NCBI RefSeq assembly: GCF_018350175.1
Contig: NC_058371.1
Span: 868,001 to 932,000 of the forward strand
Origin: Felis catus
Taxonomy: Eukaryota
Direction: 5' to 3'
Length of the DNA stretch: 64,000 bases
Shown here: piece by piece, positions 51,371-64,000 of the stretch
Position numbering within the stretch: position 1 is the first letter of the stretch
Layout: each line of letters starts with the position of its first letter
Program-made: the position numbers and the translations under genes
Notes under the pieces: generated by a model
The model's database searches: none
What the model saw: only the letters and a program-made list of their open reading frames with translations
What the model was told of the DNA's origin: nothing

Positions 51371-51869
51371 CCGATGGTCTTTGTTAGTTTGCTGTGTCAC
51401 CTGCCATTGTCTATCCCAGTGGTCCCTGGATCAGAATCTGGGTTCCAGGTGCACAGCTCCCCCTTCCGTGACCGCTGTGTACAGCGTGTCTCTTCTGCGG
51501 GTGGTCACCGTTCTCCCCTTTGACCTGACAACAATCTCTCCTCTTTGTTCAAGTTCAACTGAAAGCTCGTCCTTGTAAGTGTGCCCCAGTTCTTCCCCAA
51601 GCTTCCGCCTCCCAGAGTACCCGGCGCACCTGGCTAAGGACACACCGGAGTTCCTGGAGGGCCAGGGCCCGGGGTGCCTCGCGGACAACAAAGGTCTAGC
51701 TGCTGACCAATGAGGGAGTCACTGGTGGAGAAAGTCTTCGTTAGCTGCCAAGTCCAAGTGTTGGTGTTTTTGACATAAGGTTTTATCTGAATAAAATACT
51801 TCTTTAAAGCATTCATCTACTTATGCACAGTTAATTCCTAAACAGCTAATATTGAGGTACTGTGTTCTT

Positions 51870-53900
51870 CATTTTATTATAAACTCTTTCAAACGCACAC
51901 CTATGAATAGAGAAAAATATAATGCTCACCACTGTACCACTCACGTTTATTAAATATTAATGTCATGCCAAGTCTGTTTCATATTTTACTTTTTCTAAGA
52001 AAGCACTTAAGGATGTGATTCCTTAAGGAATCTTTTTACTTTCCTCAATCCCATCACTGCATTCGCATCCCGGAGCTGGTCTCTGTCGCGTCTCTGGTTT
52101 GTATGTTCCCAGGTCTTCGGTATTGTAGATGACATCTTTGTGCGTCCACAGATAATCTGCAGGTATTTGCAGGTGGAGGTCTATTTGTATGGCTGTGTTT
52201 AGCTTAAATGTTAAGCTGCTGCATGGCTCTTGGATTCTTGCAAATGACTCTGTTTATCTTTCTTCAGCTTGATTTAAGGCACTTAGGTTTTTTCCCAGGG
52301 TTTTCAGTATTGCGGAGCTGAGCTGCAATGAATAGCTCCCATTTCTGCTTAGACAGTGTCCCTCTTAGGCAGCGGTTCTCAAAGTGGGGTCCCAGGTCCA
52401 GCACCATCAGCATCACCTGAGAACTTGGTAGAAATACAAATTCTTGAGCCCTGCTCGAGACCTCCTGAATCAGAAACTTTGCCTTTGAGGCCCAGAAACC
52501 CGGGTTTTAACAAGCACCCCGAGTGAGTCTGATCTAAGCTAAAGTTTGAGAATCTGCTCTAGGGTATATCTTGAAGTAGAATTTTTGAGTTGTAGGGTAA
52601 GAGAATCTTCAACTTGACTTTAGTTTCAGTTTGATGTAAAATGTGGTATTCCCTCATCATTTCTGTTTGTTTCTAAATTCTTGATTACTAATGACATTGC
52701 ACATAGTTTTCTAAGGGTTATTGATTCTTCATATTTCCTTTCATGTTAATTGCCTCTTCATATCCTTGGCTCATTTTTCTATTGGTGTATTTGTCTTTTT
52801 TTCCAATTAATTTATAGATGTTCTTTATATATTTGAGATACTAATCCTTGTCATCTATGACTTCTTTTGTAACCTGTTTTATAGTGTCTCTTGTCACCCG
52901 TCGTGTTAAAAACATTAATTTTAGTTAAAATTTAAAACCTACTTCTTTCTGTTTCACAGTTTTTATTTTTTATTTTTGCTTTAGAATTACTTCCACACCT
53001 TGATATAAAGGGTGCTAATTATTTTCTTCTAAAGATTTTTAAAGTTTGCATCTTACCGTTACATGCTTAATTTGCCCAGAATTAGGTTTTTGGGTATGGG
53101 ATGAGATAGAGATCTGATTTTATTTTCCAATATGAATAATCTGTTTTCCTGGGTAAATAAATTTCTCATCACTCTGAAATATATCACTGTTACATGGCAG
53201 TGTTTCATGGGGTATGTGTCTCTTCCAGAGCTTTCTATTTTGTTTCCTTGATCTGTTTATTAAAACTTTTGGTAATGATTCATGTTCTTAATTATTACAT
53301 CTTCAAAACAAAATACTTGGTGTAGAGTAAATCTTCCCAGTTTTCTTTCAGAAATTATTTTAATTATTCTAGGCCATTTATTTGTTTACATGAAAACTGC
53401 TTATTAAATTTTCCAAAACACGATTGATTCAAATCGTTTTGAATTTATGGATTAACTAATGGAGAAGTGATAGCTTTACAATATTTAGTCTTCTATGTTA
53501 CAAGCACAGTATACGTGTCCATATATTCAGGATTTCTTTTATGTTCTAAAGAATATTATCTTTTCCATTTCAATTTTGGGCATCTTTGGTTAGGTTACAC
53601 TTACACTCAGAAAATCATCTTAGAGTTTTAGCTCCCAAAAGAGATTAAAAGAATATCTCTTGCCTTTTCTAGTTGGTTATTCCTTGTGTTATGTACTCTA
53701 CCCGGTTTTTATTACTGATTTACTGGCCAAGCAATATTGGCAACTATTGTAGTTTGGTAGTCGATTCTCTTGGATCTTCTATGTGGCTCATTATCTGCAA
53801 AATAAATTTTATCTCTTTGTCCTCATGTTTTTGTATCAATTCTAGTCTGTTAATGTTTTTGCTGTACAGAAGGTTTGCTTTTTCACTTTCAGTTAGTACA
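51870..53900 (-). mobile_element. Decayed L1ME-like fragments
   Basis: T-rich; gattactaatgac, tgcctcttcatatccttggctcatttttctattgg; ORF 53744-53929 has L1-like IEDPRESTTKL. Confidence 0.6.
52370..52556. mobile_element. MER5A (hAT-Charlie MITE)
   Basis: cagcggttctcaaagtg...catcagcatcacctgagaactt...ctgaatcagaaact...aaagtttgagaa; hAT-like 8-bp flanks ctcttagg and ctctaggg. Confidence 0.88.
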
Positions 53901-55155
53901 TAGATACTTGGGAGGAAGAAATTGGCCATCTGCTCTTTTGTTCTTACGTGGGCACGACTTACGTGGTATAGTTACCTTGCTCTTCTGGAGGCAGCTTTTA
54001 TGACCAAAGTAATCTTTGTGCTCAGAACTGAAAATGAAGGAAAACTTGGGGATGGGTACTTAATTCTGTTACTGTCACTCATGCTCTTATAATCACAGCG
54101 TGGACTTCACACTTGCAGTGGAATTTCTAAATACTCATGTAAGAAGTTTGAAGCCTTAACTCCAAACCTGCTTTGGACATTTCTTTTAAGGAGCAAATAT
54201 TTCCTGTATCTCTAGTTGCAGCAATCCTCATTGCTACACGATAGGTATTGTTGAATGAAAGAATGATAAGTAAGTTCAAAGATAGTTGGTCACCTTTTAT
54301 TATAAATAGGAATTTTGCAAACCTGGCACCATTTCATGTGAAGCTAAGTATAGAATTCCAAACAAGCTGGGGAATTATTCGGAAAATTACAAGAAATGTA
54401 TTTGACAGTCTTAACCATAGCAACCATTCGTTAAAAATATTGACCTGGCAAGCCTGATAAGTGTTCCGTGCTGGCTCAGGACGGAGTGGCATCGGGTCTG
54501 CATCTGTGTCACTGGAACAGGAGGGTATGTCTACCCTCCAAGTGGAGACGTGTTTGCTGCTGGATGCTTTGCTGTTTTGCTGGGAGATTATTCTCTGCTG
54601 ATAATTCACATGCCATTTTATTCCTCAGATAATACTGTTTGGCTCAGTGTAAATAAATGCAAATTGTCTTCTTTCAAATCATTAGGAAATTATTTCAAAA
54701 GGCAGTTATGTATAAATTCTCATCCCACCAACTGTTTAAATTAGCAGACTTTTGAAAGAAATTCCAGCCTCCTGCATCAATGTTTTCAACACAGTTTTCT
54801 ATAATTCTTCTGAAATATATGTAGAAACAATAATTTCACAGCTTTCTGAACCTATCATGATTGTGGATCCAGATATAATCGAATTTGAAATAAATGAGAA
54901 CCTGTCCTTTGAGTACTGCCTGAACCGTGGGGGTGTGTGATACATGGGTGCTGAGAGGCGGACGTGCTGAGACATTGACTAGCTCGTCTCTGTCTATAAT
55001 CAGAGCAAACGGCTGAGGACAGAGGACTATGCTGTGGGCAGGAGAAGACTCTACACCCAGGGTGCACCCAAGCCTGGGCCATCGCCTCTTGTAGTATTCT
55101 GGGCAGGAAGCGCTGCCTCCTATGGCTGCTGGCCCTTCTCTTGGGTATCTGGAGG

Positions 55156-55310
55156 GAACACTGGACATCAGGAGTGTTGGACTCCAATTTTTAGTTCTGG
55201 AAGTAGCTGTGTTGCCCTGGGATTCACACGATTCTACCTTTCCCTCAGTTTCTTCATCTATAAGTAAGTGACTTAGAATGGATCAGTCCAGGGTTGCTTC
55301 TGAATCCACA
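55156..55310 (+). mobile_element. MIR-family SINE relic
   Basis: tagctgtgttgccctggg...cctcagtttcttcatctataa core. Confidence 0.6.
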
Positions 55311-57224
55311 TTGAATTTGAAGCCTCAGTTTTTTCATGTTTCCAGGAGTCTGGTGTTGGCGCACTCACCGATACAAGACTGTGAGTGGTCACTTGACGTT
55401 GCATGTTACTTGTTATCATATATAACTGATAAAATTGGGGCAATTAATCCGCGTACTTTCCTTTGTCGTCTGAGAGTCCGAGCCAGTGTGTGTCCCGTCG
55501 CATGTTTAGATATGAACAAGGCAACCGTTCAGGTGTGCACTCCCAGTCCTGCTGGGCGTGGTTGTTTAGGAGTTGCTTATTTACGTGCTGTGATATTTGA
55601 GCGGCAGCTCCTGTGGGGCTTCTTTGGCGTGGTTCCCCTTGCTCCCAGAACTGTGAAGTGACAGTGTAGTTCACTTGTCAGGTGGGTGTTGGGATTTGGA
55701 GTGAAGGTAGGAGTGGTCCCACTCTGCCTCCCTCGGTGGCGACTGGGGCCACCCAGGGATGTAGTGATGCCAGTGTCATCACTTTCTCTCTGGCTTGGGT
55801 GCTCTGCCCGTGTCACTGACTGCTTGATTGGTGTGAACAACAAATCATGGTTAAATCCCCAGTGTTTAAGATTTGATGCCCTTCGGCTCTCTATGAGGAG
55901 TAATTTCTTAACCCTCTTTTCAGTGTAGATGATCCTGTGCCGTGCTATGTTCTAGCGTTCAGCCAGTGTCCATGTGTCTTGGAAATAATGCCTCAGGGTT
56001 CTGGCTAGAAAAACAGATGAGGGTTGATGTAGTGGTTGCGGGAGAAACTCTGATAATTTGTTAGGATGCTTTGATACACAATTCTAACTTACTTTCGATT
56101 AAATTAATGTCTTTCTACCCACCGGGAGTTCAGGACGATAAAATGTTGCATTCAGTGATGGTAGTCAAACAATATTCTTTTCAGTAAATATTTTATGGTC
56201 ATAAAATGGTGAGTGTTATCTGTGTTTTGGGAGCTCATGGCACTTAGTGACAAATGGCCAAAGCCTGCACTAACACTGATAGTTTATTTCTAAAAAAGGA
56301 TCATTTAAAATAAAATACCTTGGAGATGTTGTGGTTTGCTTCCAAACCACTGCAGTGAAGCAAATATCACAATAAAGTGAGTGGAATGAATTTTTGGTTT
56401 TCCGTTAAAAAAAGCTATCTTTGCACTATAGTGTAGCCTATTAAGTGTGCATTAGCATTATATCTCAAAAATATACATACCTTAATTAAATAATACTTTA
56501 TTGCCCCAAAATGCTAATCGTTATCTGAGCTTTCAGTGAGTTGTAATCTTCTTGCTGGTGGAGGGTCTGCCTCGATGCTGATGGACCAGGACGGGGGTTG
56601 CCGAAGGCTGGGTGGCCGCGACAGTTTCTTAAAATAAGACGACGAGGAAGTTTGCTACATTGGTCGGCTCTTCCTTCCATGAACGATTTCTCCACAGCAC
56701 GCGGGGCAGTTTGATAGCATTTTGCCCGCAGTGGGACTTCTTCCGGCTTTGGAGCCACCGTCTCAAACCCTGCCGCGGCTTTCTCAACTCGGTTTATGTC
56801 GTGTTCTCAGTCCTTTGTTGTCATTTCAGTGACCATCACAGCATCTGCACCAGGACTAGATTCCATCTCAGGAAACCCCTTTCTTTGCTTGTCCCCATGA
56901 AGCGTCTCCTCATCTCTTCAAGTTTGATCGTGAGACGCGGCCCCTCGTCCACTTGTGACTCTCGTTCTCTGGCTCCTTCCACCACGTCTGCCTCTACTTC
57001 CCCATGAAGCCTTGACTCCCTCAGCGTCATCCATGAGGGTTGGAGTCCACTTGTTTCAAACTCCTACTTATGCTCATATTTTGACCTCTTCCCCTGAGTC
57101 ACGGATGTTCTTAATGGCATCTAGAATGGTGAATCCTTTCCAGAGGTTTTCCATTTACTTTGCCCAGGTCCATCAGAGGAATCACCATCTACGGCAGCTG
57201 GAGGCTCATGACATGAATTTCTTA

Positions 57225-57443
57225 NNNNNNNNNNNNNNNNNNNNNNNNNNNNNNNNNNNNNNNNNNNNNNNNNNNNNNNNNNNNNNNNNNNNNNNNNNNN
57301 NNNNNNNNNNNNNNNNNNNNNNNNNNNNNNNNNNNNNNNNNNNNNNNNNNNNNNNNNNNNNNNNNNNNNNNNNNNNNNNNNNNNNNNNNNNNNNNNNNNN
57401 NNNNNNNNNNNNNNNNNNNNNNNNNNNNNNNNNNNNNNNNNNN
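57225..57443. other. Run of 219 N
   Basis: Seen directly. Confidence 0.99.
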
Positions 57444-58041
57444 TTGTAAAGAGATGCACTATCATCCGGCCTTTGTTGTCTGTTGATGGAGCTCAGCCAG
57501 GGTAGACTTAGTATAATTCTTAAGGGCCCCAGGATTTTCAGGATGGTACATGGGCGTTGGCTTCAACTTAGTCACCAGCCGCCTTAGCTCCTAACAAGAG
57601 AGTCAGTCTGTCCTTTGCAGTTTGAAACCAGCCACTGACTTCTCTCTGGCTATGAAAGTCCTGGATGGCATCTTCTTCCGACAGAAGGCTTCCAGTAGAT
57701 TTTCCAACTTAAAAGCTGTTGGTCGCTGCAGCCACCAGCATGAATTGTCTCAGCCAGATCCTCTGGATAACTGGCTGCAGCTTCTGTATCAGCACTCGCT
57801 GCCTCACCTTGCAGTTTTATGTTATGGAGACGACTGCTTTTCCTTACTCCCACCAACCATCCTCTGCTCACATCAGATGTTTTTCTGAAGTTTCTTCACC
57901 TCCCTCATCCTTCAGAGAATTAATTGAAGAGAGTCAGGGCCTTGCTCTGGATTGGGCTTTGGCTTAAGGGAATGGTGACCTTCTATACAGACCACACAAA
58001 CCTTCTCCATATCTACAATAGGTCTGTTTCAGTTCACTTTC

Positions 58042-58254
58042 TTTTTTTTAATGTGTATTTATTTTTGAGATAGAGACAGAGCACGAGCAGAGGAGGGGCA
58101 GAGAGAGACACACACACACACACAAAATCCTAAGCAGGCTCCAGGCTCTGAGCTGTCAGCACAGAGCCCGACACGGGGCCGGATCCCATGAACCGTGAGA
58201 TGGTGACCTGAGCCGAAGTCGGACGCTTAACCGACTGAGCCACCCAGGCTCCCC
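58042..58254 (-). mobile_element. Felid Can-SINE nested in Tigger1
   Basis: Reverse SINE flanked by tcactt. Confidence 0.92.
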
Positions 58255-58645
58255 TCACTTCACATTCTTATCACCCATGTGTCCACTGGACTTGCACTTT
58301 TAATTTCCTTCAAGGACTCTTCCTTTGCATTCACAGCTTGGCTGACCTTTTGGCACAAGACACCTAGCTTTCAGCCTGTCTCTGCTTTCAGCGTGCCTTT
58401 CTCACGAAGCTCATCCATTTCTACCTCTTGATTTAACGTGACAGACCTTGAACACTTAGGAGGCCGGTGTAGGGTAATTAATTGGCCTGATATCAATATT
58501 GTTGTGTCTGGGGGTATAGGGAGGCCTGAGGGTGGAGAAGTCAGAACGTACATAACATGTATTGATTAAATTGATCGTCATATGGACGCTCTTTGTGGTG
58601 CCCAAACTGATTACAGTAGAACGAATCGCTGACCACAGATCACCA

Positions 58646-58790
58646 NNNNNNNNNNNNNNNNNNNNNNNNNNNNNNNNNNNNNNNNNNNNNNNNNNNNNNN
58701 NNNNNNNNNNNNNNNNNNNNNNNNNNNNNNNNNNNNNNNNNNNNNNNNNNNNNNNNNNNNNNNNNNNNNNNNNNNNNNNNNNNNNNNNNN
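58646..58790. other. Run of 145 N
   Basis: Seen directly. Confidence 0.99.
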
Positions 58791-59079
58791 CTAAAAAAGC
58801 ATCGTCTGGGAAGTGCAGTCCAGCAATAAAGTGAAGGCCTATGGAAAGCACTTTAAAATAAAAATTTATATTAGGCAGTGTTCTTGTCATTTAGGATGAT
58901 ACAACCAATTCAACAGCCATATCTTTTAACACCTCTTTCCTTTTTTGAATTTTTAAGTTGTATGTATTCCCAGACATAGGAAAATTGGAAAGTAGATTTA
59001 GAAATCTCAAATATAAACTTGTTGAGAAGCTGAATCTCTTCTAGATACAGTTGCCTGGCATCCATTCTCCAATCTGGAA

Positions 59080-59390
59080 GCGGCAGTTTTCAGTATTCCT
59101 GCAACAGGGGAGGCCCCGATCCCGCTGCGCTCTCACTCTGCTGACCTCTGGGCAGCCAGCGGAGCCCCTTGAAGGCACGGCGGCGTGAGCTTTCGCCCTC
59201 AGTTCGTGTGCTGTCTGCAGTCGCTTTGCTGCAGCTCGATTGCTGTATGGAAATTTCCCTCCGCGGATCTTCCGGCCGTCCCTGTTGGAGTCCGGATAAT
59301 ACAGAAGGCCGCTGGGGAGTTATTACTGCTTCCAAATGCTGAGCTCATGCTCCCAGCCTAATGCTTTTTTATATTAGCTTCCGGCCGTTA
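59080..59390. promoter_or_regulatory. Intronic CpG cluster, candidate regulatory element
   Basis: About 20 CpGs in 310 bp; no repeat recognised. Confidence 0.4.
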
Positions 59391-62300
59391 AGATTGATTT
59401 TAAGATTGTACTTTAAAGTTAGACTTTCTGGGACTCGTCTCGATTTGCACCGTCAGTTCTGTATCCAGACTTCCTTGTAAGCTTCACACCTTTCTGTATT
59501 GATCTGATTGTGTCATGTGCCTCGGGCCGGGTTCAGTGTGGACACCACCACGTGAGCACTCCAGTCCCCGATGCCCCGCCTGACTCTCCATCTGTAACTG
59601 TGTGCATTCGCTCACCGGTATACATTTGTATGTGGTATTTATTCGTGGGGAGGGAGGAAGTCCTGGTTAAATAGGGCTTTATAATCATGGGAACAGCTTG
59701 CTTGCCTTAACAACGCTCTGCTCTTTCTACAAAGCTTGCTGCCAGTGCCCCTCCGTGGGTCTCTAGGCCTTTGTCCCGGTGGGAGGGGCTTTCACTGGTA
59801 TTTCCTGAACTCAGCTGTTCTCTGCAGCTCCCGGTTCTAGGTGTGTTCTCTCGGGGAGCGGTGGGGTCTGTGTGCACACAGTTGAATTTGATCCCTAAGA
59901 CAAGAGCAGCTTTAAAATTTCTGGCCTTCCCTGTTGAGTCTCCATTGACGATAGGTTGAGGAAGTGCTTAGGAGGGTAGAATCTTCTAGTCCACGTATTC
60001 TCGTGGTTTCTTCTTAATTTTTATATAGAATAAAAAATATGATCTTAGGACCGTATTTTGGGGCCTAGACTGTTTACTTAATTGCAGAACTCGCCCAGTC
60101 TGCAGCAGGGTTGGCGTTCCTGGCAGAGGGAGGGTGGTCGGTTACTCTTTTCCTCCCTTTATCCTTGTTCCCAATTGGACATGAGTGTCTGGTGAGGCTT
60201 CTCCTGTGCTGTCCAGAGTCGTTCAGTGTGGCTCCAGGATCTCACTGCTCCTGCTCTAACCTGTGGTGCTCGTTCTGCCTGCTGCTACTGCTGCTCACGG
60301 CGTTTGCACCGGTGCCACACACACCCAGGAGGTGCCTGGAGCGCCGGCTGTGTGTGCGCTCTGGGTGGGGGGCACAGCAGTAGGGGCACAAGGCCTGGGA
60401 AGGGTCCTGCAGAAGTTCCAGGACAGCGCATCCGTCCGTCTTGTCTGCTGGTTTAGTGCTTGCGTTTTTCGTTCCCAACCACATAAGTTGGTTGCCCAAC
60501 CCTCGTCTTCTGACAAACCCGCTTCTATGAGACCTGCTCTGTCAGCTCCGATGGGGCTTGTCTGCACCAGACCACTGGTGATAGTGGGTCTTCTGTGTGC
60601 CCAAGAAAATGGAGTTTTACTAACACAGCCTGTCCAAACAGGTGCGTTTAGTTGTGACTTGTTCATAGAGAGCCTGGTGTAGCTCCTGGTGATCGCGACC
60701 ATGGATTCTAAGTATTTTTCCCAGGCGTTGTTAAGTATGAACATCGAATTAATAAATCCCGTTCATTTCTAGGATGTGCCCTTTCCTCCTATGAATTAGT
60801 CTAGACTTTGCTATTCTTTGTGTTCTGGATCGTAACCTTATCCCGTGTGAGTGTTTGGAAGAACTTGCTCAGGGACGATTTTCCCCTCTTGCTCCAGAGC
60901 GCTAAGGGGACCGCCCTGGGTCTGAAGGCCAAGCACGTCTTCATAGTTTTCATGGTCTCAGTGACCTGGTGCTGTGATTGCTTGTTTATGGTTTGTTTTG
61001 GTTCCTTGTGCAGCATGAAGGCCGTTCTCCTTACAGGTCAGACCGATGCGAAGTAGGAGTGAAGAAATTCTGATGTTCTGTCCTGTGTTCACCTGTGGAT
61101 TGTTAACTCCGTGTGACTCCAATTTATATGCTGTTTACCTGCCGTCATCATTGATAAAGTCACAGTTGGCTTCTGGGTTCAAAGGCAGAATTGCAAATTA
61201 AATTTTATCTTTGTCTACCGGGGCTGGGCTTGTGTTCCATGGGAAAGAAACACTGTGTTTTCTTTGTGTGTTTCCCATCTACAAAGCATCTTTTTTTTTT
61301 CATAGTTTTTTGTTGTTGTTGTTGGAATGTGTGGAATTTACGTATGTTTAATTATCAAAACTTCATGCACCTGCTAGTTTTCATTAGCAAACGTTAGCTT
61401 CTAAGCTCTGATTTTCCTGTTTGGTGGGAAGGGGAAGGAGCAGTTGCAGGGGGAAGGTCTGAGGTCCCACACAAGCTCTAACAGGTGCTGAGTCTCGTGG
61501 AAGTGTTACTTCATTTTGATATCCAAACTATGGGACAGCAGAAGTACAGTGTGATCACGGTTACGTCACATGGATTGTTCTGTTTCATATTCACACTGGA
61601 CCCGGTGATCGTAATCTTCAGTGATATACACGTATCTGCAGAGTTTTAGATTTGGGCTTTAATGAGTATGAATAAATCACACTGATGCTGGCTGTCTTTT
61701 AGTGTTGTTCGTGTGAGATTCTGTTTTGCCCTGTCATCTGTGCTTTATGTCGGGGTGGCTGCCTCAGATTTTCCACCACATATCTCTGTTCACACTCGTT
61801 TCTCATGGTGTACGTGTGGCGGGGGGGTGAAGCTTTGGGTAATACTGCTTTGAGTCAAATTCTAGAATGTGAGCCCAGCATTTTTTAAGTAAATGGTACG
61901 TTTTGTGTCCACTCATATTTATTATGAACATATTTACTCTCTTGTGACACTTGTATTAATTTTATACTCACTTGAAAAAACTTAGCACCTGGCAAGATAG
62001 TTTTAAGTTTTCAAGTTTGTTTTTAAAATTTCTTATCACTTACATCGGTCAGACATCCATTGCTTCAAATGCAAAAATGTATAAATTATTTAAAGGTGTC
62101 AGTTTTCAAGATGGTTATGTGATTTATTTCCAGCTAATTTAAAAACATTTTTATATTTTTTTCTTTATATTTGGGGATAAGAATACCATGGGAAAGGCAT
62201 ATAAGGAAAGAAAATGGTTCTTGTTTATCCCGAAGGCCGTTATTTTTGTCTGTGTGAGGCGTCGTCACATGCGTGATTGCATATCCACGGGACTTCCCCA

Positions 62301-64000
62301 TTAGGTGTAGGTGTTTTGTCTTGTAGTTGCCCTCCTTAGTGGGGGTGCTCACGGGTTCATGTGTTGTGCCCTTGTACTTGGAAGACTGCATATTCCTGTT
62401 GTAATGTTTGATTCAGGAAGTCTAGTAACTGTGAATCCATAAGACAGTTACCTACAGAAAAACAAACCATCTGACTCATTTTCTGAAACCCTTACAAAGC
62501 ACGGCCGCTTGAAACAGGTACCTGATTTCATGGCTCTGGAACTCCCACGGCGCTCCCAGTTATCTGGAGATCAAAGCTGCTGGAGAGAATCAAGATTGGT
62601 CCCCATGGCGGATAATCTGAAAAATGTGCTGTAGTTTCTGAAGGTGATTGTAAAGAAGGGCTCTAGAAACACGATAACGACTGTCAGCCTGTTCCCCGAG
62701 GACACGAGCTCCGAGGGAAGCACGTGTAGGTTTCCGTATGTCTGATACACATTCAGCTTACCATCTTCAATCGTATGCGTCGTGAACACCTTGTCCCCCT
62801 TCTGGGTGGGAGACGTGTCTGTCTAACGCCATCCCAAGTCTGGAAGCCCTGAGGAGTAGATAACTGGGGACTAGACCAGTCAGTCTGGAAATGGTGTTCC
62901 AGGGGGTTTTCACATAGTTTCTGCCACTATGCCTCCTGGTACTTTGGGTCCCCGTGATCACGGTGGCACAGAAGAATCTGAAGGAATTTCCCCCTTAGGG
63001 AAGTTTTGATTACCATTTGGTCTGAATTTGATAAGCAGGAGAAGGTGCCTGGCCCCTCTGCAGACATCCCCGTCGGCCGGCTGAGTACGGGATGAACACC
63101 GGTCCCTGGCCGTGCGCCTGCCCTCCGGGTCCCACGGCCGGTGGCATCTCCTCTGCCTTAGGGGCCCTCCTGTGCCTCCTCTTGCCTGATGTACGTGTGC
63201 AGCTTCGCATAACCTGGACCAGCTTATTATTTTCCCTTTGGTTTGCAATGAGCCACCCAACGAGCTCCTGTGAGCTTGGGAGTTACTGTCTGAACCTTTC
63301 TTTTATTGTTGATGGAGAGCGGCCACAGCACCGGACTGGATTGCGGTGCACCCCCCCCCCCAGCGCACCCCCCTGCTTTCTCACGGAGAAGTGGTGCCCT
63401 CCCTACCCCGTCCCTGCCCCCCAGCTCATTTGTTCAGGGCCCTCTTTCTCTCACTGAGGCCAATGCTGCACATCTCCTTCTTTAGAGAAACAAAATGCCC
63501 TTTCTGTCTGTGCTCTGAGAGCTTGAAAGTCAGTGATTAAAATAGACGCTTCCTGATTTTGCTCTGGAAAGGGATAGCCAGTCACCGTTAATCACTAGGA
63601 GGAAAAGCATGTCTCCAGCACCAGCTTTTTAATTATGCCAAGACCTCCGTGTCTCTTCCCAGGCCAGTGGCGGGATAAAGTTGGACTTAATAAACATAAT
63701 AAGAAAACGAAAAGGCTCCTTTGTCTTTGAAATGAATATGCACATGTCCTTTTCAGTCCTGCTGGAACATGAAGGGACCAAGGTCTGGGCGGCGAATCCG
63801 CAGTGGTGGTGTGGACGGCCATTCAGGAGTCTGGGTCACCCTGTCTGGACGCGGGCCTCTGCTCACCGAGTGGCCCCCAGTGGCGCCTAGTGGGCCCAAG
63901 GTGTCCCCACAGCAGGGCCGCCCCGGGGAAGGGGCTGATGACAGAGTGCAGGGCGGGGTGGCACCCGGTGGGCCAGACGTGTCCCCACAGCAGGGCCACT

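Larger units (their letters stand above)
56311..58850 (-). mobile_element. Near full-length Tigger1 DNA transposon (dead), with a SINE insertion and two N-runs
   Basis: Terminus atacct.ggagat.ttg.gg...accactgca...; transposase remnant LHNIKLQGEAASADTEAAASYPEDLAE (57650-57871, minus strand); frameshifts and stops. Confidence 0.92.

Noticed and set aside
54752-54940. Acidic, protein-looking 62-aa ORF
   Set aside because: TTG start, no recognised homology and no supporting splice structure.
56311-58850. Active or domesticated Tigger transposase (TIGD-like gene)
   Set aside because: Multiple stops and frameshifts, a SINE insertion and degraded termini.
9932-64000. Next DLGAP2 coding exon (VLPGILQKHCC...)
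   Set aside because: Not found by eye or in the ORF track. It presumably lies downstream, though a small exon could have been missed; TBLASTN would settle this.

Overview
Mammalian DNA from a felid (cat family), identified by about 26 carnivore tRNA-derived Can-SINEs. Two of them are young SINEC_Fc-type copies. There is no prokaryotic gene organisation and no long coding sequence. The only credible coding signal is GCCGCC-ATG-GGG-ACC-GCT-CAG|GTAATG at 9917-9931 (+). It encodes MGTAQ, which matches the alternative N-terminus I recall for DLGAP2/SAPAP2 (MGTAQ|VLPGILQKHCC...). The window is therefore most likely within the very large 5' intronic region of DLGAP2, transcribed on +. I did not find the next coding exon. 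The rest is Can-SINEs (about 18 minus, 8 plus), old and carnivore L1 fragments, L2/MIR, MaLR/ERVL LTRs, DNA transposons (near full-length Tigger1, Tigger2a-like, MER5A, MER20, Charlie-like), microsatellites and a 40-bp minisatellite with a 159-bp higher-order duplication. I found no evidence of a novel multi-gene system. The most interesting items are the architecture around the MGTAQ exon, tightly spaced inverted SINE pairs (candidate dsRNA/ADAR substrates), the higher-order minisatellite, a palindrome cluster at a SINE junction, an intronic CpG cluster, and N-runs that look like masking rather than true gaps. Repeat family names and the gene call come from recalled consensus sequences, not from a database search.
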